Source of the DNA: Azolla caroliniana
Lineage: Eukaryota > Plantae > Polypodiophyta
Length of the DNA: 64,000 nt
NCBI GenBank assembly: GCA_043228905.1
Contig: JBHGNT010000016.1
Span: forward strand, 9,424,001-9,488,000
Direction: 5' to 3'
The notes below the pieces were generated by a model. That model saw nothing but the letters and a program-made list of their open reading frames with translations, searched no databases and was not told the DNA's origin. A program made the translations under genes and the position numbers. Within the stretch, counting starts at the first letter, position 1; every line of letters begins with the position of its first letter. Shown one piece after another: positions 14,301 to 25,964 of this stretch.

Positions 14301-17300
14301 TTGCTTGTTGTGAGTATAAATCCCCTGAGTTGCTTCACGTTGCAAGCATCTCCTTGTATCGTGGCATTCCTCATCATACCAACTATTTCGTATGATTCGA
14401 CCAGGTTTGGTTTCATTGGCTGTTGTGTGGGGAAAGACATTTGTGGCTACTTTATGCAATGACTTTGACAATCTTGTGTAACTTTGTCTAGGGGTGTGAA
14501 AGAATCCAATTCTAGCATGCCATTATATACTCCACAACTATACACATCAACTGCCTCCCAAGTAAATTAGTATTTAGGCAGCCCACTATCCTTAGCATAT
14601 AAATTCCTTACACATGTATCCTTCTCCTCAAGCGTTGATATGCATGATCTGCTGCCAATCAAAGAGGGAGAAGGACCTATGACATGGAGATTTAATACAT
14701 ATCCAATTATATTGAATTTGTTCATCTTCCATTACACAGTTCCATTAGCTGTGCAAACTTTCAATCGCAATGAACATAAATCGTTTGCTTGATACAGATG
14801 TTGTGATGGTTTAAAAGTTCTGTGATTATGACGATTTTGACATATTCACATTTGGTTTGTACTGGTATAGGTAGCTTCCAGCGCTCTGGGAATGGGACCA
14901 CATCATGCCATGCAAATAGCAGAACGTTTATATACACAAGGATATATAAGGTACAGTTGCTATATATATTGCTTTCTGTGAATGTTTAATTTGTTCAGAG
15001 TGCAGTATCTCATAAGTCTGGTCTTTCTTAATTTTTTACTTCCTGTCATTCCATAGTTACCCACGAACTGAAAGCACAGCATATCCATCAAGTTTTGATG
15101 TGAGAGCGATACTCTCTTCGCAGCAGAATCATCCTTTATGGGGGGACTATACACACTCACTTTTGACTAGTGGAGCCCATACTCCAAAAGGGGGAGTAGA
15201 TGTGGGTGATCATCCACCTATTATCCCGATGAGATCGGCAACTGAGATGGAGTTGGCTGGTGGTGATGCATGGAGACTATACCAGTATGTGACACAACAT
15301 TTTCTTGGAAGTGTCAGCCCTGACTGCAGATATGTCAAGTATGCTGAATACATTTGATAATATATACTATATACTGTATACTAAATAATGTAGAATCTGA
15401 TGTCCTCCATCTTATACCACTATCTCAGGACTAGAGTAGAGTTTATCTGTGCAGGAGAATACTTCTCGTGTACTGGACAGAGTGTTCTTAGCCCAGGATT
15501 CACAACTGTCATGCCATGGCTTCGGATTGTGGAAGAGACTTTGCCGACTTTCTCCATAGGAGAATCTATCCAAATCGGAGAGGTTGAGTTGTATCAGGTA
15601 CTAAAAAATAACTATAGCTGAATGTGCACTAGTCTATTTTGCTTAAAAATCTGAAATACCAACTTGTTTTATGTATTTATGATAATAACCCAACGTTTTC
15701 AAGAAGTACCAGAATACCCCTCTAGCACAAAAGCTATAACTCTATAGGGACATTCAGTATTTTTTGAAAACGTAGCGGTAACTTGTGAACATGTTAGATG
15801 TATTTTGCTGTTTTTCCTATCTTTTATTAACTGCAGGAATCGGTATTCCAATCAGATGTTATTTGAATGTAGAGTAGGACTTCACCACCTGATTATTTAA
15901 CTGAAAGTGAACTAATATCATTGATGGAGAAGCATGGGATTGGAACAGATGCTTCCATCCCTGTCCATATAAACAACATATGTGAGCGTAACTATGCACA
16001 GGTAGGGTTGAAAAATTGTAGCACAAGGTTGATTATAGATACTCAATTAAAGCTTTTCGTTTCAATTCTAATAGAGGGTTTCAGGTTCAATCGGGTCGAC
16101 GCCTAGTTCCTACTACACTTGGGATCACATTAGTGAGAGGATATCAAACCATCGATGTTGACCTTTGCTTGCCAGATATTAGAAGCTTCATAGAGCAACA
16201 AATTACGTTGATTTCCAAAGGCCAAGCTGACCATGCTCGTGTAGTTCAACATGTCTTGCACGAATTCATGGCAAAGTTTGCATACTTTGTCTCTCAGGTT
16301 TTTGTTTTTCTGTATTTGTTGTTCATTCATAGTTCTATACCTTATTTTTCACAAATTCTGGTGATATGAAAAAATGATAAAATACTCGTCTCTCTCTAAT
16401 CAGTTGTTATGTAATGGGTAGCACAATTTTAATGACACAAGAATCCCCACTTTTACACACTCTTTTTGGTCTTTATATAGATGAGGCATCTAATTGCATT
16501 AGAGAGATTGGGTGGCGCAGGAGCATGTTTATCAATGGCTATATGATGATGATATTTTGCTGATTTCTGACTCTCCAGAGCAGCTATAAAGACATATATA
16601 CTTCAAAGTCATTCAAAGTCATTTTGTGCATATAAATATTTATTGGCAAAGTGATGGTGTTTGGCACCATTCTTACTAGCAGAGGAATATGTTGCATAGA
16701 CACAATCCTACACATATCTAGAAGTAACATTCATAGGGGTTTGGTTTTTCCTACAGGAGGCTACCTGTGCTTAACTTTCTCGTGGATATGTGATGGACAG
16801 ATATAGAAAAAAAATAAAGAAGAGAATAGGAAGAGAAAGGAATACTTTAATATACTATTAGGAAAACAATACCATCTTCTTAGACTCCAAAATTCCTAAT
16901 CATCTGTGAGATCCTTTGTCACTTTTAGCATGTCCCTGAAAATTTCGGGCATCAATAAGAAAAAAACTTTCACGTTCCGGTAAAAGTTTAACCCACTTCT
17001 TCATCTCAACCACCCCCACCAAAGCTGAGCCTTGTAAATCCTCGGATAGCCTTGTAAAAGAAGTGAGGGAAGTCTTCGTAGAAGAAAGAGAGAAGGAAAG
17101 ACTATTATTAACTATTGTCATTGAGATTAAAGTTGTTCTTTGGGTTTGTTTTTCTTTTCTTTTATTTTTATATATCCTCAAGTTTATGTAAGTTGTTTTT
17201 TTATACAACTATTTCTGCTTTGTCATCCCAAATTTGTCAATAAGAAAGCTCTCTTTGTCAGCTTTCTTATGAATCTTTTCTTTTAAAATTTGGATATGAG

Positions 17301-20300
17301 ATGAAGAAGTTATGAGCTTTTTTCTCTGCCCTGCGTTTTGTGCCTTTTTTTGTGCCTTTTTTTCTTTTTCACTTATGGCTGTACATGCTGAAATTTGACT
17401 CTTTTATGGTCACACTTAGCGGCATAATCATTTTTAAGCAGACTTGTCTCATTAAATACATCTCGGCTGCGTATAACCTTCTTGAGTTCAGATAGCCAAA
17501 TCTTGTAGCCAATTTCACCTTCATCTTCATAACCCATAAAGATTCCTTTCATGGACTTTGCATCCAACTTGCTTCTTAACTCAGGCTTTATATGCACAAA
17601 AGCATCACAACTAAAGATGCGTCGGTGGTCATATGAAGCTGGTTTGCCAGACCAAACCTCTTCAGGAATGGCACCTTTTAAGGACATATGAGGGGATCTA
17701 TTGCAAACATGAACTATAGTTTTCTAGGCCTCTCCCCAAAATCCATGAGGGAGATTAGATGTGGACAGCATGCTTCTCACCCTCTCACATAAAGGCTTGT
17801 TATACCTTTCAGCCACACCATTGGAAGAGTATGGGACTGTTAGCTCCCTCTTAATACTAGGATTTTCACAAAATATATTCAATTCAGCACTTGTAAGCTC
17901 ACCCACATTATTTGTGTGTAAGCAGTTCAGCTTTCTACTTGTTTGGGTGGGTCACAAATGCATCAAATTTCTTAAATGCAACAAAGGCTTCATCATTAGA
18001 TTTTAACAAATATACCAAAAGCTTCCTAGAGTAGTCATCAACAAAAGAAATAAAATAAAGAGCACCCCCAATCAGAATAGTCCTTACATTTGGTGGGCAT
18101 GTTACAAACATCAAAATGAACTAGATCAAGAAGATTAGGCTTATGAGAGACACAAGAGTAGTAGGAATTCTTTACTTGCTTACCATATTGACATTCATTA
18201 CAAAAACCAAGTTTTGAGCTTTTAGCATCAAACTTGTCCAAATTACATAGTTTATCAAGGCCTTTTTGGCTCATGTGGCCAAGCCTTTTATGCGAGAATT
18301 CCATATGTGAATGGATTTCAGCCAAAGCAATAAACTTGCCCACAAAGATTTACCATGCAAGCAATATATACTTCCCTTCTTTGTACCTTACAATTAGCCT
18401 AGAGCCGTTGATAGCTTCCATGGCCCTTTCTCAAAGAGGGTACTATATCCATGCATATCCATTTGTATAACAGACAATAAGCTTTTCGTGATGCTTGGTA
18501 CATACCTTATGTCATGCAAAACCAGCTCATTAGTATGATCCACAATGAGATGCATTGTGCTAATACCTTCAATAGAACAAGCATGGTTATTTCCAAGATA
18601 TACATATCCATCGTTGCTTTCATGAAAGGTAGTAAAACACTTCGTAATAGGAGTAACATGGAATGATGCACCTGAATCCACAATCCAGGATTGTGAAAAA
18701 GCATCATTCAACGTAAGCAATGCATCACTTATTTTGCTCTTTGTTATTTGCATATCCTATGCATGAATAAAACCGAAGCACCATTAACTTCAGCATGATC
18801 TGTTGTGATGGTAGCACAAATAATATCTTCAACATCTGAAGGCTCCTCAATGATGACACTAGAGGCCACATTGACCTTTTTGTCCTTGTCCTTTTTCTTC
18901 ATTCTCATTGTCCTTTTTCTTCTTATCAGTTGTGTTCTTCTTTCTTTCTAATTCAACTTTGTAATATCTGCAATCATGCTTCTTATGACCTTTCCTACCA
19001 CATTAATAACAAGTTAATTCAGCCTTGCCTTTGCGTTTGCTCTTGTTTTGTTATACATTTTCATTTTGTTTTTCTATTCTTCCTCTAGCCACATTGGTTG
19101 ATCCATTTCGCTCTTCACTAGCTTTCCTCTAGATTTTTCATTCAAATTAGAATCCCGTATGCCATCAAAAGTACGATTAGGGTTATTTGAGAGTGAAACA
19201 ACCAACGTTTCCCACGAATGAGTTAAGGTCATCAAGAAGAACATGGCCTTAAGCTCTCATCAAAGGGAGGTAATCCAGAGTCTTGCAATTGTGAGAGAGT
19301 ACATGTAAATGCAGATAAGTGCTCAACTGCACTTTTTGACTCATCAAGTTGCATATATACCAGCTTACGCATGAGATGCACTTGATTTACAAGAGTGGTA
19401 ATTTCATAAGTAGCTTTCAACTTTTCCCATACCTCAAAAATAGTTGTGAGGCCCTTCAGATCCACTAATGTTAGAGCTTAATCCTAATGTAAGCATATGA
19501 TAAGGAAATAATAGCTAGATAGATAAGAGTAGAGAGAAAGAAGGGTGCCAATCTACCCAACCACCCCAGAGCGAAGAGATCGAGATGGACTCGAGCCTCG
19601 ATCGGCATCCCATACCACCGTTGTGGCATCGAGCTGTACCTAGTGCTAGCGCGCTCGCGAAGAGTCGATCACCACAAGATCAAAGTCTCAACATAGTCGA
19701 TAATATAGGAGAGTTCTTTGGGCCTTTATCCCCAACAACAATTGGCAAATTCTTTTTTCTAGAGGTTTTCGTGTATATCTGCCTGATGATGAATCCATCC
19801 TCTGATATGCATAAAGCATGTGTCTTGTAGTGGACCATCTTCGTGCCAAGCGATATTTTGTGACTGATCTATTTTATCTTGTTTTTCAAGTTAATAATAT
19901 CAGTTCGGGTCACTCTCTTAGGGGTAGTGCATTTATGCTTATGCCATGTCACTCGAACTGTTTCTGCATTTCAGCATACCAACAATAAATGTCTCCATTT
20001 TCGCCCAATTGTCTTGATGATGTAAGTGCCAACTTTGGGTACCTTCATTTATGGAGCTCCCAAAAACGTTTGATAGGTCACTTATTGGAACAATGCCTTA
20101 GTGATTATAGGGGCTGCTCCCATTTCTCCCCGGATTATATTATGGGCACCAATGCTTTGCTCCTCATCATGCGAGCAATCATTGAACACTAAAGGTCGCT
20201 CTAAATCTTTCCAATGATTTGCCTTGTTAGGATTCGGTCGTCATGATTCTACTCCATAGAGAAGAGTTGACTTGACAATTGTATTAAATAACCACAGCTT

Positions 20301-23300
20301 ACTTAGTGCCTTTCGGAACTGTAAATGTGCACATTGTCTTTCGAGAGCAACCTTATGTAAGGAGAAAGTTGGGCACAAGCAGCCTTATGTAAGGAGAACC
20401 TAGGCCCTGTAAATGTCTCTCCTAGGTACATGTAGGAGCGTGTGTATTCCACCTTTTCTTCTCCCAAGAAGAATTCCGGTTCTGATCTTGTTACCTATGC
20501 TTGAGTGGTGTTAAACACCATCACTTTAGTTTTATCCATGTTTATCGACAAACCATTGTCCGTACAAGATAGTTTTATGGCATGTAGATGTCTTTGTAGT
20601 CATGATCCTACATGTATTGAGCAGTAACATTCACTGGGTTTTAGTTCCTACTACAGGAGACTACCTGTTAATGATTTTCTTGTGGATATGTAGCCCTTTG
20701 TTTGGTTGAGAGACAATGTGCACATTTACACTTCCAAGAACTGCAGAAAACTTAAAGAAATATATATGCTTCAAACATTTACCAGTAAAGATGGTGTTGG
20801 TGCAGGTAAAGATTTACCAGTATACGTTGATAAAGCTAAAATGATGGTGTTTGACACCATTTTTATTGGCAGAGTAAAATGTAGCGTAGACGTGATCCTA
20901 CACATGTTTTGGTTCTTTCTATGGGAGGCTACCTGTGCGTGACTTTCTTTTGGATATGTAGCCCTTGTTTAAGTTGAAGACAATGTGCATATATACACTT
21001 ACAAGAACTGCAAACAAAATTGCGGTGGTTTAATACATTTTTAATACCAACTCCTCCCAACAGGGTAAAAGCTTGGGAATCAAGCTGTGGTATGGTAGTT
21101 AGCGAAGGTCTTTAATCTTGATGATTAACCACATGATAAGGAGCAAAGAATCAATGGTCCATGAGATAATATACCTTGAGAGAGCAATCCAGATAGTTAA
21201 CCAGGCACTTCCAATCAGTGACTATCCAAAAGATATGGGAGCTCACCAACACATAGGTAGTCAAGGTAGGCACCTGGTAAACCAAACAATTGGAAGAACA
21301 GAAAGATACTTATTGTTGGCATGGTGACACAAGAATGGTTCCAGAGAGATGGTATAAATATAAATGCACTGGCTACTTTCCATGCTCCTTATGTGGACTT
21401 GATCAAAGTGGAAAAGAATAGAGAAGAAGCAATGACAGTATGTGAGGAATCACTGTTGGATAACGTTGTGCCAAAGAGGAGGATTTTCTTTTTATCAAAC
21501 CAAAGAGGATCATTTCTTTGGGATCCTTAGTTTATCCCACAATGCAGCATGGTAGAAGATGGTCCTCCGTACTGACCCATTTTTACACTTGCTGCATTAT
21601 AGATTTATTACCAAGTTCTCCTATGTGGATGCACATCTCTTTCCTCAGTAGGCAGCTCAGGACCTCTTAATATTGGTTATGCATGGAAAGCTATGGAAGA
21701 ATGAATTTGCCAGTTGTACCATCATGTTGTAAATTCTGAGGAATATTATGGTTCCCATTGTACCTTTTCTATATTCTGCCCATAAGGCTTGACACCCTCC
21801 TGTTCATTGATAACAAAATGACCACAGAACCATATCTAGAATGAACTCTCACCATCTTCTTTAGGACAGTTACCCTCTTCCCCATGGTGAATCACATTCT
21901 AATCAATGGAGCCAATTATGGTGAATCACGAAAATTTGGGCTGCAAACCTCTTTATATCAGCTAGATATTGAGTTAGGCAGATATGCACGAATACCTCTA
22001 GAAGAAAGAATTTTCCAATTATGTCATTAGGAAGTGGAATCTGAATGTTTGTCATTGTGGTGTTTTTTATGAAATAAGAGGGAGATACCATTGCCTGTTT
22101 AAGCGAGGGTTTTGGCCACTATGCAAGAAATGGAATATGAGAACCAACAATGCTTATTGGTTCTCGTTATGGGAGGCTGCTTGTGCCCGACGTTCTCGTG
22201 GATATGCAGTCCTTGGTTCTCTCTAAAGACAATGTACAGATTTGCAGTTCCAACAGCCACTAAGTAAGTTGTGGTTATTTGATACACTTGTCATGTCAAC
22301 TCTTCTCTATGGAGTAGAAATGTGGGGACCGAGTCTTAACAAGGCGAGATTTAGACCTTTAGTTTCAATGAATGCCCACATGGTAAGGAGCAAGGCATCA
22401 ATGCACCATAATATAGTCAGGGCAGAGATGGGAGCAGCCACTATAATCACTGAGGCATTGTTCCGATCAGTGTTCTGTATCCAACGTCTTTGGAAGCTTC
22501 CATGTCATCAAGACAACTGGGTGAAAATAGAGACATTCATTGTTGGAATGATGAAATGCAACAATGGTTCAAGTCACATGGCATAAATTTAAATACATTA
22601 GCCCCCTTCCAATACAGCTTGGACTGTCCCCATTAAAAAATGACCAAAGTGGAAAAGAATAGAGTGATCCGAACTGATATTAACTTGGAAAACAAGATAA
22701 CATGTATCAGCCCCAAAATATCACTTGGTACGAAGATGGTGCACTGCAGAGACTAAATAAATGGTATTGTAATATGTAACACAGACTAAATAAATAGTTA
22801 TGAGCTCACATGACCATAGGAGTCATTATGTACTACAAGCAAATTTTCTCCCTATAATTTCTTTCTAGAGAGCTTTTAAGAGAGGGTTCTGGAAATTTTG
22901 CAAAAAATGAGTGATATTTTGAAATTTTCGTGGAAAATAATTTATAATTTCACCATTAATGAGGAATGTTTTTGCAGATTTCCCATAATATTTTTCTTTC
23001 TCTTACAGATTGAGTGCATGGATAGTCTCTTTGAGGCACAATTCTCTCCTCTTGCTGATTCTGGAAAAGTGCTCAGCAAATGTGGTAAATGTGCAAGATA
23101 TATGAAATATATTGCTATGCGGCCATCACGACTATATTGTTCTACATGTGAAGAGGTCTATGGGCTTCCACAAAATGCCAACATCAAGGTGATGACATTC
23201 ACTTTTTTGTTTATTTTAATTTCGAATCTACTATTGCTCATTTTATACTCCTAAATTTGGCAGCTGTACAAGGAGCTAATATGTCCATTGGATAATTTTG

Positions 23301-23899
23301 AGCTTGTTTTGGTCTCTTTCATTGGTCCGGATAGCAAATCCTATCCACTTTGTCCCTATTGCTTTAACCATCCCCCATTCGAAGACATAGGTATAATGAA
23401 AAGTGATGGAAAAAGTGACAAAGGAGGCAAGATGGGAATGCCATGTACATCATGTCTACATCCAACATGCCGACATTCTTTGATAAAACAGTCAGTGTGT
23501 GCTTGTCCAGAGTGCAATGGAATGCTAGTTCTAGATCCCGTTAGTGGTCCTAAATGGAGGCTAGATTGCAATAAGTGTAACTGTCTTGTATATCTACCAG
23601 AAAATGCACATCGCATTGGAACTACTGCTGACATGTGTGTAGAATGTGGCTCTACTGTGCTTGAAATTGACTTCAATAAATCTTCTACACCACTTCTAGA
23701 TGGGGAAACTCTTTATCGAGGGTGTGTGTTATGTGATGATTTGTTACATTCCCTTATCGAAATGAAGTATGGAAGATCCTTCATTAGAAGATCAGGAAGA
23801 GGCCGTGGTAGAGGAAGAGGAAGAGGAAGAGGAAGAGGGAGAGGGAGATCTGGTAAAAGCAAAGGTGAAGATCCTCGAATGAGCTTTCGTGATTTTTGA
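2343..23899 (+). CDS. TOP3B: DNA topoisomerase III beta (type IA), 15 exons, 865 aa
   Basis: GT-AG exons: 2343-2366, 2533-2589, 3570-3673, 5003-5096, 6398-6497, 7261-7507, 7613-7775, 7990-8109, 14871-14950, 15057-15338, 15429-15597, 15873-16001, 16085-16297, 23009-23188, 23264-23899 (2598 nt, in frame). Motifs: [33 protein letters not shown]; [11 protein letters not shown]; catalytic GYISYPRTES; GIGTDAS; C-terminal Cys-rich zinc region; RG-repeat tail ending DPRMSFRDF, typical of TOP3B. Confidence 0.96.
3746..4100. repeat. Old two-unit tandem duplication (~165 bp) in TOP3B intron 3
   Basis: AAGAGAG..TGAAGCATTT..AGAG..AGTA.CATG..TATCATTT.CTTAACTATC..GATTCACTTG occurs twice. Confidence 0.6.
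5820..6340. repeat. Old tandem duplication (~310-bp period) in TOP3B intron 4
   Basis: TAGCACCA..AAGTATTGCTGAAAA.CCC..GATTAA..AAAAAGAT.AATTA..TTAATTGCATAA..AGATGGT occurs at ~5853 and ~6167. Confidence 0.6.
6781..6807. repeat. (TA)n microsatellite
   Basis: Read directly. Confidence 0.9.
8675..9331. mobile_element. Non-autonomous hAT-superfamily DNA transposon (MITE), 657 bp
   Basis: TIRs CATAGATTGACACATGCG / CGAATATGTCAATCTATG (16/18 match). Perfect 8-bp TSD GTTGTGAT at 8667-8674 and 9332-9339. Subterminal GAATA/TATTC repeats, AT-rich core. Confidence 0.9.
9540..13920 (-). mobile_element. Near full-length degenerate non-LTR retrotransposon (LINE, RTEX-like) in TOP3B intron 8
   Basis: ORF1 12513-13585 (frameshifted; coiled coil, C-terminal [25 protein letters not shown]). 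ORF2: APE endonuclease ([25 protein letters not shown]), [16 protein letters not shown] and [21 protein letters not shown]. Internal deletions. Confidence 0.9.
13921..14164. repeat. Two tandem copies of a short (~130-150 bp) AT-rich dispersed repeat
   Basis: TTAAGTGTTTTGT.GTCTTTGAGAAC..TAAGATAAAAGAGACTAAAGATT.TTGTTATCGAGCTCAAGTTG twice. Related copies at ~10171-10325 (inverted) and ~8325-8420. Confidence 0.7.
14165..14655 (-). mobile_element. Second LINE ORF2 fragment (paralogous to 11220-11715)
   Basis: [35 protein letters not shown] parallels the 10978-12006 ORF. Confidence 0.85.
16440..16800 (+). mobile_element. Highly decayed LINE RT fragment
   Basis: CCCACTTTT..CTTTTTGGTCTTTATATAGATGAG and AAAGTGATGGTGTTTGGCACC are the reverse complement of RT sequence at ~10560-10800. 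Confidence 0.55.
17050..19470 (-). mobile_element. Truncated Ty1/copia gag-protease-integrase in TOP3B intron 13
   Basis: Gag helical region (WEKLKATYE..), zinc knuckle [13 protein letters not shown] (~18965-19015), protease [18 protein letters not shown], integrase NGVAERYN and [21 protein letters not shown]. No RT. Confidence 0.9.
19690..20600 (-). mobile_element. 3' fragment of the same LINE family
   Basis: Colinear with 9590-10670 (e.g. GTGGTGTTAAACACCATCACTTT..TTTTATCCATGTTTATCGAC). Confidence 0.85.
20600..22750 (+). mobile_element. Several + strand 3' fragments of the same LINE family
   Basis: [39 protein letters not shown] (22242-22586), KAKMMVFDT (~20830), [13 protein letters not shown] (~21130). 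Confidence 0.8.
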
Positions 23900-25529
23900 A
23901 GAAGTCTGAAATAAAAAGGAATGGAACACTGCCACCTTAATCTTGACAAGTTAGGACTGGATTCGACAACTCTTGTAATTCTTGAAACTAGTTTCAAGCC
24001 ACATTTCAAAATGGTGGTAGAGGAATAAATATATATGATGAAAGGCGTTTCATTTCTTCATTGCTTTTTGCAGTCCTGAATTTTGTGCGTTTGGTGTAAG
24101 CTTCTTCTCATGAGAGAAGATTACATCACTTCTGGAAGCAATACGTATTGTATTGAACCATAAACCAAAATAGACTTAGCAATGCTACTTGATGGAATGG
24201 GGTTGTGGGCAGTGCTGGTGTTGCCGGGATACAACTAATTAGGTTTACATCTATCAGAGAAAGATGACAACCTTCTTCTTGCAAAGCTTCGATGGTGCTT
24301 CGTCATCAATCGTTTCATCCGGTGTTTCTTCTGTTCAAATTACATTGTTAATGCGTTTTATTTTCTTCTCTTGCATCCTATCTTCTTGATCTTTTGAATG
24401 CTTGCTTGCTTTCTTTTCATCCTTTCTTTTTGGAGTAAGTAATACTGCTGTTAATGGGTGATTCCACTGAAACTGTACACAATTGAAATGGGAGAGATTT
24501 AGTGGTGATGGCTGTACTGATTTGAAGAAATGATCAAATCCCATCTTTGGTAAAATCCACTCTGTGGTTTTACACAGAATACATCATCTACAAATCCATT
24601 TTTACAAGCAGGATACACAATCCATCTTGAACCAAACTAAGGAGATACCCTTGATGCCCAACTCAAGAATTCAGTCCATGAAAACGAGCAAAGTTGAGCT
24701 GTCTGATGGTTTATTGTTGGTGGTTAACTGAATCACTGTTGGAAGTGCCCAATGAATGTGTTGATTTTGGCACTTCGTGTCATCTTTGTGAAGTTACGGT
24801 TGGTTTGTTTCTTTTTTGTCCTGTTGGATGCAGAAGAAATTGTTGTGACATGGTTGTGCTCTTTGCACATGCATTGGGTCCTAATGAATGCCACGTGGTT
24901 ATATACTGTACACATGCAGTGGGGCTCAAGTTATAGTTAATGGAGGTGAGATATAAGGAAACACACTTTCCCACTTACTACAAAAATGCCTTTAAATGAC
25001 CTTAGACTAATTGACATCTTACTTAAGTGATTAATAGATGTTTGAAAGAGTGAAACCCATAGTTCTTGGATATATGTTATTCGACAAAAATACTAGCCAT
25101 CATGCCTTCGGATTGAGTTTTTGATTTCTGTGTCACATCTATTGGTGTATTTATTATACAAATATTTTATTTGGATGTAGGATAAGGCTAGGGCACCCTT
25201 TACGCCACTTTGACATGTTTTAACAACTTAGGTTTGGTTGGCCCTTGAAGAAGGGTAAATGTTGTGTCCTCCATATATCCTTGGTTACTTTTTGGAATAC
25301 ACACCGTATGTGGCAATCAATTACACACGTAAGATAACAAGAGTACACAAGATAGATGACAAAATCAATAAACAATAATTTAACTTGCATTGCTTTTGCC
25401 CTAGATACAATGAATTTGAACCCTTTAAATAGGCATTAGTAAGTGTACAAAACAGTGTCATATTTTTTGGCCTCCGGTTCACACTTTTGTCACTAGATGA
25501 TACTCTTTCTTCGGCCAACAAGTGAGGTC

Positions 25530-25964
25530 AACGAGGACGTGGAGGAATCTGCTTGATAATAGTAGCCGAAATCTCGCACACGCTTCTTGGCACATAGGAC
25601 GTGTGGTTTGTGGGGGTGGATGTCATGAAGATTTTTGGCAATGGTGTGAAAATCACACGGAATGGTTGATGGTCACACACGTACGTTAGCATATTACACA
25701 AACACTTGTAAATATGAAAATAAGTATAGGGCCTTGTGGCATTTTTGTCCATACAAAGAGGTGCAAGTAGGGTTTTGAACCTTGCACCTCTAAGATAGAG
25801 GACAATTGACTTACCACTAAGTTAAATTGTTTCTTTCAATGTGTTTTACATATAAATTCTCATACATGAGAGCTTGAATGAGTGACATGGTTAACATGCA
25901 TCAAATGCATTCCATGCATAGTATGCATGTCTTGTACCTTCACATGCATCATATGCATGGGGAC
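25530..25964 (+). mobile_element. Gypsy 3' end: PPT and truncated LTR (type Y)
   Basis: GGTTTGTGGGGGTGGA|TGTCATGAAG (LTR from 25621) is the reverse complement of 41350-41480. Interrupted at ~25964 by a copia LTR. Confidence 0.8.

Noticed and set aside
24200-24980. Additional gene downstream of TOP3B (short Cys- or Lys-rich ORFs)
   Set aside because: No recognisable domain or consistent exon chain could be built by eye.
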